DNA of 64,000 nucleotides from Diplonema japonicum (lineage: Eukaryota > Protista > Euglenozoa: Diplonemea): NCBI GenBank assembly GCA_964019335.1, contig OZ025706.1, positions 1-64,000 of the forward strand, in the 5' to 3' direction. The position numbers and the translations under genes were made by a program. The notes beneath the pieces were generated by a model. That model saw only the letters and a list, made by a program, of their open reading frames with translations, was not told the DNA's origin and made no database searches. This document shows, in pieces, positions 53,501-64,000 of this stretch (position 1 is its first letter; the number at the start of each line of letters is the position of its first letter).

Positions 53501-54385
53501 CTACCAAGGCTTCATTTGCGCACCGTCCTGAGTGTGTTTGCATTTTTTCCCCCCTTGTCCTCGTTTAGCATACCACAAGCGGGTCGAATGTGCTAACCTG
53601 GTCGGGAGCGCAACGCAGATCGTTACGGTGGGGGTTGGCGGCCGAGGCGTGTCGGTTCCTTTAAAAAAGATTCTTCCCCCTCTTTAAGACCACATACCAG
53701 TAGTACTTAAAACTCTGATTGAAGAACCTCCCTGTCTTGTGCAGCAGGTAGGAAGGGTGGGGGTCTGCGCGGACTATCTCAGGATTATACTTCGGGTTGT
53801 TCTCGAGGCTCAGTTCGTGAGTAGGAGGGTCGATGCACTGTGGTGGGTAAAGGGAAACACAAAGAAACAACATACTCTTGTACCGGACCCCATCATCCAC
53901 CTACCCTTGAAGGAGTTGGGCCCCCACTTAGACCTGAAAAACATGTGCCCCCAGTTAGGGTCGTTGAAAAGCCAGTTCTTATCGGCGTCGTTGTAGGAGA
54001 GGTGCTGGCGCTTCTTCAGCTGGTGGACCTGGTTCTGTCGGATGAACTCAGCAGTCAAGCACACCTCGTACTCGTGGAAGTAGTGCTTGCAGTCGCCGGC
54101 AGAGCCTGTTCCTGCGTACCTAATGTTTTCGGTAGAAGCGCAGAAGTACCACGGGATGTATTTGTGTGAACAGAAGTCCCAGTTCCCGAGCGGGATCCCC
54201 AGCCTCTCAAGGTCCGACCTCGCCACCGGCGACTGTCTCTGCTGATGCGGCCTGCCGCCAAACTCATACGCAAATTCCTCCTCCGTCATCCCATACTCCT
54301 TCATCATCTTCCTGTTCCCCTCGCTGTACACAAACGGGTTCGTTTCCTCATTGGGGACCACACCCGCTGCATCCCGATACGCCAT
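53501..54385 (-). CDS. NDUFB7: Complex I accessory subunit NDUFB7 (B18) with a C-terminal extension, 3 introns
   Basis: LERLGIPLGNWDFCSHKYIPWYFC...CKHYFHEYEVCL (twin CX9C). Three GTATG-AG introns extend the frame to AQMKPW*. Confidence 0.8.
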
Positions 54386-54600
54386 GGTGTCCTGTTGCTT
54401 GGTGGTGATATACTACAGCTCGTCGATTTATTTCGCATAAAATGAAATAAAAAAAGACTCTAAAAGGGACAGTTGAGGGACTAACACGGGGGGTGGAATG
54501 GGATATGTACACAAAAACCGGTCTACACACAAAAAAAAAAAAAAAAAACAAGAAGAAAAAAAAGGGGAAAACAAAGAACTTTCATATTTTTTTTTTCCGT

Positions 54601-56804
54601 TCACTCCAGCGCGTCCAGTGCCGCGTACCCTTGCATCACATGTGCTTTCGTGGACAAGACTTGCAACAGCAACCCTTCGTCCAAGAACCCGCTCAGCTGC
54701 TTTGTTTCGCACAAAGCGTCATTTGTTGCCGCAGCCAGTGCTGTGAGGGGTTGCAACAGGTCAGCTGACGTGCTGCCTGTCTGTGTCAGGTGTGCCTTGA
54801 TCGCTTCAACAGTCAGCTTCCCCTTTGCTACATCTGCCGCCAGCGCCATGTCTTTGCTGTCCATGACCACCCCACTGCTGTTGATATAGGCTTGGCTGTC
54901 CAGCACGGCATCACACAGCTCTCTATAGGTCCTCCTCATGGTAGCTATTTCCTTAGTACTGCCCTCGCTAACATTTGTATTTTCGCTGAGTTTGCCATAG
55001 TCACTCTTTCTCTTCTTGCCTTCTTCTTCCAGTTCGTATTTGTTACTCTGTGGTTATGAATGTCTAGCGTTTTCCAACACACACCTCCTGCTGCACAGCC
55101 CGCGTCAACGCGCCGAGCATCTTGAGCTGCTTCATTGCCTGTGCGGTGTATGTCATTGCTGGCTGAATACCTGGTCCAACTGGGCCTTCTTCGCAGAGCG
55201 CAATCTTTTTGCTCTTACCGCCGCACGGAAGGCTTCAAGCTGGTAGACCTATGACGAGTTGCAAAAGTCACGTGACATACCTCCATCTCCTGTACTGTAG
55301 TGGGCAGAACTGACCTGTTGACTACTGTCGCGAGCCTTGAGACAGACGAAGCTGCAGGTGAGCCGGACTCTACACGCCTCCTGACGCTAGGAGGCTGGGC
55401 AGGTGCAGAGGCACGCCCGTGTGCCGATGAGCTGAGGTCGTCAGCTGTGGAGTTCAAGGTAGAAACAGTTGCAGAGGTGCGTGCGGGTGACGATACCCGA
55501 GCAGAGGTGCGTGCAGGCGACGACACCCTCGACAGCACGCCGGAGGAAGTACCCCGAAGGGTTGTGGTCTGCGGCATCCTTCCCAGATTCCGTGGGTTCC
55601 TACTGCTCGCCACACTCTGGTGCGGGGACCCCGTGCGAGGAACAACCCGCTTCACGCTCGCCACACTCTGATGCGGAGACCCAGATCTGACAACAGACGG
55701 CGACTGCGTGCGTGTAGTAGTGGCAGGCGAAGTACCACGTTTCGGTGATGAGATGTGTGCAACGTTCGGACTTGGGGAGAGAATTCTCTTCTTCAGTGCA
55801 GGGCGCTCTACTGGCATGTGCACCTTTGGTACCGACTGTTTCTGGAGATACTTCGACTGCACACCTGTCAGCCGTGAGGACGTCTTCTTCGGCGCCTTTT
55901 TGCGCTGGAACTTGACCACCCATTTCTCGTCGTTAGAGCTTCTTGTGCACGTGCCGGTGATGGCAGTGCCGCCCTTCGTTGACACGAGTGACCCCTCGAA
56001 GCTTGTGTTCCACTCGACGAAGGTCCACTGAATGACGGTGTCGTTCACACTGCCGCGTATAGTGCACGACGGGTTGCTTTCTGTGGTGTGCGTACCGTGC
56101 AGCACTTCGCCCTCCTGCCACAGGGCGAGCCTGCCTACCTCCGATTCCCTGCTGTCTTCTTTTTCCCAGACCTCCACCCAGTCACCCGTGAGCCCCTGAT
56201 CTTTCAAAGTTGCTGTCGAGAGGACAGAACCTGATCTGTGCGCGGAACCAGATCTGCTTGCCATTGCACCGGGTCCCGATCCTGACCTGCTTGCTGCTGC
56301 GCTCAGCCGTCGTGCGGAATCTGATCTGCTGCTCTCAAGCCCGGGCTGCGATGACTTGCTTGTTGCGCCAGGTGTTGCGGATGTTGTAACACTACTGGGT
56401 GCTTTTGTGAATGCGGCCACACTAGAACTAGGTGCTGTTGTACTGGGGGCTGTCACACTGAGCGCCGTTGCGCTTGGTGCATGTGACGATGCAGACCGCG
56501 CCGACCTCGCAGGGCTGCTGGCCACCTCCCTCCCTGCCCGTAGCAACGCTATGTTTCTCTTGTGCAGCGAATCAGCTCTTGTTTGTGCCTGCTTCAGGAT
56601 CTCCCGTTGCCGCTCGCTCTCCCTTCTCTCTTCGTCCAGCCTCTCAAGGCGCTTCTTGTGCCGTGCTTCCGACAAGGCAGACTCCGAGGCCACCCTAGTG
56701 GGGCTTACCGAGCGTTCCTCCGTCCTGTCACGAGTGGGAGAGGTACCGCACGGCGCAGGCACCCAAGGTGGCCATTCCGCACTCCCTCCTTCCGTTGACC
56801 CCAT
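54601..56804 (-). CDS. Hypothetical Ser/Arg-rich protein with a small beta-barrel-like domain, 3 introns near 55045-55280
   Basis: Introns with GTATG, GTATT and GTGTG donors join ORF 55215-56804 to 54601-54939 in frame. Confidence 0.65.
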
Positions 56805-57001
56805 ACTGTGAAAAGGTTAGAAGGTTGGAGGACAATAGACAGCAAAGGAAAAAAAGAATACAGAATAGTAACTTTCCCCCATGGCATTGTCAGCAAAGGG
56901 AATGGTGCGTGTGTTTGTGTGTATAAGAAAAACTGTTAAAAAGGAATGTATGAATTAAAGGATATCTTTGTGAGACACCCCCTTTGTAAAAAAAAAAAAA
57001 G

Positions 57002-57049
57002 ATTCACTATGATAGGAAACGAAGTGGTTAGCAACTGCCCCACCAAAAA
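57002..57049 (-). promoter_or_regulatory. Recurrent intergenic motif, copy 4
   Basis: Minus strand TTTGGTGGGGCAGTTGCTAACCACTTCGTTTCCTATCATAGTGAAT; the ~33-nt core differs from the 6240 copy by one T. Confidence 0.6.
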
Positions 57050-57094
57050 GGAAAAAAAAGAAGAAAAGAAATACTGACTGTTTAACTCTATCTG

Positions 57095-57126
<32 letters not shown>

Positions 57127-57139
57127 TAGTTTACATCTT

Positions 57140-57727
57140 CTAGACGAAGGGGGTCGAGGAGTCGTCGGGGTTGGTTGACTTGAAACTTGACTTTGCTTTC
57201 CGAACGCAGAACCGAAAGCGCCGCACCATGTGGAAGCAATAGTACAGCGTGGTGATGACAAGAACGGCTATCGGGATATAAAATCCGACTTTGTAAGAGT
57301 GGGTAATGGAGGTGGAAGAAAATACATGTGCACTCCATATGTAGCTACAAAGTACAGTGCTGAGGGCTATGGGGAGGATGGTGGGGAGGTATAGAACCCC
57401 GAAGGAGGCGAGATTGCGGGGGCCCATGGCTGTTAAACACCAGGCAGCACAGTTGCAAAGCATGTTGGCCAGCATCACCGTGATCACGAATATCAAGGAG
57501 TACCTCAAGGAGCTGAATGCCGGTGATTTCTCAGTCCAGTCCCTGTTCCGCAGCTGGTTCAACGTAAACGTACCATTCCTCGTGATCCCCTCCTCTTCCC
57601 ACTTTGACTCTCCATAGTCTATGTTAATCGTGGCTATGCACAGCCCCACTACAGTAAGGCCCACCACTGCACACGTCACTATATCGGTCAGCTCATGCTG
57701 AGAATCTTCCTTTGGTAGAAGAAACAT
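57140..57727 (-). CDS. Four-transmembrane protein (amastin/claudin-like topology)
   Basis: Four hydrophobic helices, with a YKVGFY motif before the last; start uncertain. Confidence 0.55.
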   Translation of the reverse strand: MFLLPKEDSQHELTDIVTCAVVGLTVVGLCIATINIDYGESKWEEEGITRNGTFTLNQLRNRDWTEKSPAFSSLRYSLIFVITVMLANMLCNCAAWCLTAMGPRNLASFGVLYLPTILPIALSTVLCSYIWSAHVFSSTSITHSYKVGFYIPIAVLVITTLYYCFHMVRRFRFCVRKAKSSFKSTNPDDSSTPFV

Positions 57728-58678
57728 ACTACCTATGAGAATGAATGATGGCCCAGAAAGAGAGGGGGGATGTAATAAATGCGCGCAGAGAGAAAATTAA
57801 AGATGGGAGTAGGGAAGGGAAGGGAAGGGGGGACACAACATATCGAATTCTTACTACACTCCTCTCAATCTTTTTACTTCATTCATTGCACACCTTAATC
57901 TTTTGTGTGATTGGTACCGCCAGTAAAAATGTGGTCAGGGCTCGATGATCTTTTTATGACCGTGACTCGATTTCTTTCGTATTTTCCGGTTTTGTGTCAA
58001 AATGTGACCTTTTTTAGGGATGAGTGAATGAAGTAAAAATTGAGGAGAAAGAAGTGAAGTAAAATAAAACCACCTTATTCACGCCCAATGCACCTTCTGT
58101 CACTCTCTTCTCGTGAATTTCTTATTTCACTCGAGTGACAGAAAATTCATTTTTCGTTTGTGAATTATGCAAAAAAAAAAAAGGGGGGCTGCAAGCTAAT
58201 GCACCCTCTGGGGGAAAAAAAAGGAAAAATAAAGAAAGAGAAGGAAAGGGGGAGGGGGAAAAGAAAGAAAAGCTCTTCTTCTTCTCCATTCTCCACTTTC
58301 CCCTTTTCTTTTTTTATTTTGCGTCCCTTTTTTCTTTTTCCTTTTCTTTTGAAGTTTGAAACAAAAAGTCTCTTTTTCTCCTTTTTTTTTTTTTCCTCTT
58401 TGCGTTTTCATAGGCAGGGGAAGGGGGGTATTAGGGCAGTACACTTACAAACAATAACTCGCTCTTTTTTTCTTTTTTTTTTTTTTCTCGCTCCCCCTCT
58501 GTGAGGTTTCTTTCCTCAAAAAATGTAAAACTGCAATCTGGGGTAAAGTGCAAACGTGGTTCGCGCTAGCACTGTGCCTCACAGTGTCGAAAAAAAAAAA
58601 AAAAAAGAGAAAAAAAAAAAAGTACAATATAGGAATAAACGTTGAATTTGTATAGAATTCTTTTTATCTCTTCACTTC

Positions 58679-61139
58679 TCAGAACTGCCTCACGCCACCA
58701 CCAGCAAGATGCGACACGTGGTGGACGGTGTTGTTAAACTGCTTCTTACAGGAGTGATACGCGCCATCCTATTATTATCGTTTCAAACATAAAATCAAAA
58801 AAAAAAAATTCTTTCAAACATACACGCAAGTCTGGTGTAGGGCAAGGCCGCCTGGTGGGCTTCACATCTCCATCGTTACCATAAATGGGATGAGATGAAG
58901 TGCCGGCACGTGTTCCAGGTGGGGTGGCTGAACGGAGCTTTCGATTACCGTGTAGAAACGCTGTTTCATCATTCGTCTGTTTGTTGTGAGGGGAGTTGAA
59001 CATGTGAGACCGTGGCAGGGCCGAGGGTCCTGTAGCGACCCCATTCTCTATGTGTGAGATGTTGTTGTTGGTGGTGTTGCTGGGGGGGAGGCTTGCGAAA
59101 TGCTTGTCTCCTTCAATCCTCTCGATGCTTCTTGCCCTCATGTGGCGCGTCTCCCCTTCACGGCCTATGTTATCGTTTGGGTTGCTGGCTGCCATAACCT
59201 GCAGCACGCTGGCGCCCTTCCGTGTGGCGGGTCCACCTGCTTCCATCCAGCCCGCACCGTTGGGGTCCGACCCAGCTACACCAAGGTCCTTGACGTGCCT
59301 CCCACGCAGCTTGTTCTGCTGCATAGCCATGCTGATGGGTGACGCCGTCCGTGTCGACATTGTGAGGCCTGTGATGTAGCTTGTCCCCGCCTCGTTCGGG
59401 TTGCTGTACGCTGGCACCGACCTGCTCCTGTTGTTGAGCAGCCCCCTGGGAGACAGCTCTAAGTCCTGATGTTAATGAAGGGAATTTGAAAACATGTCTC
59501 ATACCACTGCCCTCCCGTCGTGCACATTCGGGTTGCTCGGCGACGCTTGCCACTGCTTCCCCACCATTGCCCTGCTCGACGCTGCCCCCCTGGTGCTGAT
59601 CTCTCCCACCGTCGTTGACCCCAGCACCCCTTGCCTGCCCTCAGACCTCTTTTTGTGGCCTTTGTTGACCAGCCCGCCTTGCGTCGTCTGCATGTCCATC
59701 TCCCGTGTGGTGATGGCCTGTATGCTGCCCTCCTCCTTTCCGTAAAACTGTGATTTAACCCTTGGGATGGTGTTCGGGTCAGCTTTCCCGATAGGGGCGT
59801 CCTTCCTGTACACCTTGGGGGTTCCCTGTGTTATGTTATGAAACAGTTAAAAGGTCAATTCCCACACCTGTCCCTCCCCGATGGTGTCGGGGTTCACCCG
59901 CGCGCGTGGGCTGGGGGTGCGGTGGGGTGTTGTGCCCCTGGCTGCCCCAGGGGACCGTGACACGTATTCCTGTCATGTTTTGTTCAAAAAAAAAAAACTC
60001 ATAGTAAAAGACAATCCCTCTGGAGGACAGCCTCTTGTGGTGTGAGTTCCTATCTATTAATGCTCCCCTTCTGGAGCATAGCCTTCGTTCCTATTGTCGC
60101 CCTTAAAGCTTTTCGTAGTTTCGACACACGGTCTTTCTTGTATGTCCCTTTCAACTCCTGTAGCTTTTGCGCTGTCTGTCTTGATGCGCCAGTGACTTAC
60201 CGGTCGTCTCCTCGAAGTCGATTGCAAGTTCAGCTGCTCCTCCGAGTCGGTGTCGCCCTCTACCCACCGCAGTGGTTCCCCGAATTGCTCCAGCAGTCCC
60301 ACCACCGTTCCCAGCTGTGCTGCCGTCGGTCACCGGTGTCACCTTGCCTGTCACTTCCCGCTCCCATGGCAGCTTCTTGTTGCCGCCTTCTGCCTGCATC
60401 AGCCCTTCGTCCCGCTTCTCCACCACCATTGCAAGGTATCGCTGCAGCTTCTCTCAAAAAAAAAAAAAGAAAAAAAAAACAGAAAGTAAAAGCGCACCTG
60501 TCGGATACACGTTCTGACATTGTTCTCAGCATCGACCCCCTCGATGTTGGGCCGCGGTAGCTTCCGTGGTGTGTAGGGGTCATGAAGGGGCTTCTGCTTC
60601 TTGGGACTGGGTTTGGGTGAGTGCTGCTTTGCAGGAGAAGGAGAAGGCGACGCAGAAACGCGTTTGGGAGACGGAGAGTGCGACAGGAAGTGGTAGTAAG
60701 GCTCAGTCCCTGGTTTGGGGACACGAAGGCCATGCAACTCTTGCCAATAGAGCTCAATTCTGGCGCTCTCAATCGGCCTGCTGTCGAAACCATAGAGGGA
60801 CAGAAGCTTCTTTAAGGTTTCGTAAGTGACACATTCTAACTCCTTTGGAGTGAGCTCTCTTCGAGCCTTCTTGCAGAGCTCATGCCAAGCCTCTTCCCGT
60901 TGCAGCCTGTTCCTTTCCTCCGTTGCTTCTGACCCTTGTCGAGGGTTTGTCCTGTTCTCTATCCAGAGGCCTGTCTGCATGTCTCTTCCGTCCTTTTCGC
61001 CCCCTGCTGGTGACCAGCTCCTACTGTCCTTTTCTCCATCCTCCCATTCTGCCTCTTTCGCTGCTAGACTTTGTTCTAATTGAACTACCTTTGATTGCAG
61101 ATTCTTCAAATATTCTAAAGTGCTCCCATGTTCACCCAT
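58679..61139 (-). CDS. Multi-exon hypothetical protein(s); one or two genes, junction near 59970-60200 unresolved
   Basis: Successive minus-strand ORFs are joined by GT-AG introns (e.g. CIRQ|LQRY, GEGQ|GTPK, PDLR|DGAY), and the last exon ends VRQF*. Confidence 0.55.
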
Positions 61140-63486
61140 CTCCTCGCACCTCCTTTTGGTTTTTTGTTGAAATTAGATTTAAATATTGAATTTATCGATA
61201 AGAATAATAAAAAAGGGGGAAAGGATAAAAAAGAAAAAAAATAAGAAAAAATCTTTGTTTATGCAAAAAAAAAAAAAGTGAAGAGGGAGGGTAAAGAAAT
61301 AAATGAATAAAAGAAAAAAAGTGTATTAAGAAAAAAAAAATAATAATAAAAAGGGAGCTTTAAAAGAATGAACTTTCCTTTTTTTCTTTTCTTTTTCTTT
61401 CTGCAAGTTAAGTTCTTAAAAAAAAGAAAACTGAAAAGGAAAGAGGGAGGGGGAGAAAAAAAATAAAAGATAAAAAAAAATAAAATGGGAAAGAAGCTTG
61501 ACAAACGATTTTACCAACAAAGGGAAAGGGGGGGAACGAAAGTGCAGGAGGTAACGCCAAAATAGTGTAAATCACAGAACAGGGGGGGGGATAAATAGCT
61601 ATTAATCCGTGTAGCTGTGGCCAATGCCACTCTTTTCAGAAAGCTGAACCCCCCCCAAAAAAAAGAAGATCTTTTAAAGGCTCTTCTACTAACCTTCCCC
61701 TGCTCACAGTGGCACAAAAGAAGAACTTTGCTTTTTCTTTGGAATGTCCCCCACTTGTCTTGAAAAGAAAAAATGGGAGGGAAGAGGAGAAAAAAAAAAG
61801 AAATCCAGGTGGTCTCGTAAGAGATCCGCGGCGTGGCATTCTTCTCCCCCCTCCCCCTATTTTTCCCCTGCTCCCTTTTCTTCTTTTGGTTTTGTTTATC
61901 GCTTGACACGCACTTCGTCTTGCTTTTTTGTTCTCCCTTTTTTTTTTTTCGTTGACTCTCTGGCCAGAGAGTGGCCATCTTCAAGAAATTCTAACAAAAA
62001 AGAAGAAGAATTTTACGCCTCATATCTCTAAAACCCCGTTTTAGCATCCCCTCGTGTCGGAGGGCACAGAAATTACCATTTCCTTCAAAAACAATGAAAT
62101 CGTTTCGCAACACTTCAACAATAGTTCGCTGACTTTCGTTTTCGAAAAGTACAGGATTGACTAGAGATACAGGGCGTGAAAAAAAGGGGGGGATGAAACA
62201 TATGTTCAGGAGGTGTAAGGTGTTGTTCCTACCCTTCCCTGCCAGCCATCATTTGCTGATAGAAAAAAAAGACAGATAGAAAAAAAAAAAAAAAAACCTC
62301 AGAAAAGACGAAAGGTTAAATTAGGCCCATCACTTGGTCCAAAAAAAAAAAATAAAAAAAAAAGGAAAACAAATATATGAGTTAAAGGAAGTCTTTGTGA
62401 GACGCCCTCTTGTTCTCATGTTCTACCAAACAAATAAAAGAGTTAAAGGAGGCCGGTGTTTGCGGCGCCCTGCACAAAAACTGGCGATGACCGACGAGGA
62501 GGTTCTTTATCCCCACCACCTGAAAAAAAAGGGGGGGGGGAACACCCAGTTTCCCCTGCCACTGTCCCCACTATATCTCAGCTTCTACGTTTTGGGAAGA
62601 GAACGATAAACCAAAGCACTGGAGTGCTCTTCCCACAGTGCCTTCGGCCTTAGCATGGGAGAAAAAGGGGAAACAAAATAAACATTTAAAGTTTGCGTTT
62701 TCGCGCTCACCAGCATGTCCCACGGCTAAAAAAAGATGAAAGATGAGATAAAGGAGGTTCCTGCCTTTTGGGAACGCCCCCCTTTGTCCCTAATTATCAA
62801 CCCAAATAAAAGTCCGCTCTAACGTACTGTGTCAGGCAGTGGTCCCTATGAGGGGGCCTGTGATCAACGAACTGCGCCGCCTCTTAAGGCAGTAATGCCT
62901 CATATCTCTTAGCAACACGGCGGCCCACATAACATTTTCCTTTAATATTTTCAAAAAGAAAATTACATTTTTGTGAAACTTTTGCATGTTCCCTTTCGCC
63001 TAGCCCTAGCGCGAATTCAGCAACGAAAAAAAAAAAAAGAAGGAAAAAAAAATAGTAAAAATAAAAATAAAAAGTACAGCTGGCACTTTTAATTCTATAA
63101 AAAAAAAGGACACCTCTCTCTATAAAATCTCTGTAAACACATCTTTACCTTTTCAACTGCATTTTCCAATACAACTTATTGGCGCTCCACTCAGGCCGTC
63201 GTCTCTGTGCAATAAAAAAAATATATAAAAAAAAGGAGGCACGTTACGTAAACACGCACGTTGGTGTGAGCTTTAAAGGTGAAGCTGAAACGCGTCTCAG
63301 ACTAGGCGGGGCCACACACCCGTAGGCATCAGATCTGGGGGTGGGCCTTTTTTTTTTTTTTTTTTTTTCTTCTTATTTTCGCCCGTTAACTAAAACGTAC
63401 ACGGCTTCCGGGAGTAATAAAAAAAAAAACGATTTTCGTTCTTTACCTCTTCTTTTTCTTTCCTTTTTTTCCCCCCTTTTTTCTTT

Positions 63487-63888
63487 TTAAAGGTGTGTAT
63501 TGATTAAGAGGGCGGTTAGAACAAAAATAGCGATGAGGAGGAGGAGGATCAAAATCTTTTTCTTATGTCCCTTGACGAATGTAAGGAGGCCTGACTCCTC
63601 CTTCATGAAAGGGATGACGGGGATGGGCTTATCATCGGCAATATCCAACATGGGTGCAGGAGGGGTGGTCTCTGCGGACCCCGGGACACCACTGTCAATT
63701 CTACTCACCATCGTCTCGTCAGCCGCGTTTACACTAAACGCGATCCCGTTCACAAGGTCGTTCTCGCTGATGGAGTCCGAATGAGGAGTTTCGGCCATTT
63801 CAGGAAGTATATTGATAAGGCTCAGGCAGCTCCCGACAAGGTGCTTCGTGATCTCTCGCTTCTCCTCATTAAGACCCACGTTCTCCAT
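63487..63888 (-). CDS. Hypothetical tail-anchored protein (may be the last exon of a gene starting beyond the window)
   Basis: Acidic ORF ending KKKILILLLLIAIFVLTALLINTHL*; the frame is open up to a CAG acceptor near 63925. Confidence 0.55.
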   Translation of the reverse strand: MENVGLNEEKREITKHLVGSCLSLINILPEMAETPHSDSISENDLVNGIAFSVNAADETMVSRIDSGVPGSAETTPPAPMLDIADDKPIPVIPFMKEESGLLTFVKGHKKKILILLLLIAIFVLTALLINTHL

Positions 63889-64000
63889 TGTGCCCGGCTT
63901 GCTCGCTGCGATTCTCTTGCTGCCCTGTATTTTTTTTTTTTTTTTTTTTTTTCCCCTTCCTCCCCATTCAACACACCACTGATTTTCGCGATTTGTTCGT

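Noticed and set aside
59970-60200. Non-canonical (GC-AG or GA-AG) introns
   Set aside because: Several canonical or two-gene solutions are possible, and this cannot be resolved without cDNA.
62828-62910. SECIS-like or box C/D snoRNA-like island
   Set aside because: AUGA and UGA words are present, but the helix is weak, the spacing is wrong, there is no convincing box C and no in-frame TGA gene is visible.

Overview
Eukaryotic nuclear DNA from a euglenozoan, most likely a diplonemid. A 39-nt spliced-leader (SL) exon of diplonemid type lies at 1543-1581 on the minus strand, and the mitochondrial presequence MLRRT... is euglenozoan-like. About 33 protein genes between 2866 and 63888 are all on the minus strand, forming a directional cluster with spacers often only 55-90 nt. 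Many genes are split by tiny GT-AG introns (mostly 31-49 nt, donor usually GTATG), so the ORF track fragments, fuses or misses them. The left 1.8 kb is the most unusual part. It has 92.5 perfect copies of TTTGCGGG, telomere-like but in the opposite polarity to a normal left telomere. The array is joined by microhomology to what looks like a DNA copy of an SL-trans-spliced RNA encoding a truncated AlkB-like protein, followed by hairpin and direct repeats. The first gene inward is an intronless DEDDy exonuclease-zinc finger-MOV10/SDE3-type helicase fusion. Other notable items are a recurrent ~45-nt intergenic motif, an RTX-like/NIF phosphatase fusion, a catalytically dead mitochondrial rhomboid and a tandem pair of atypical Hsp70/110-like genes. 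All calls are by-eye motif recognition and manual splicing; no database searches were run.
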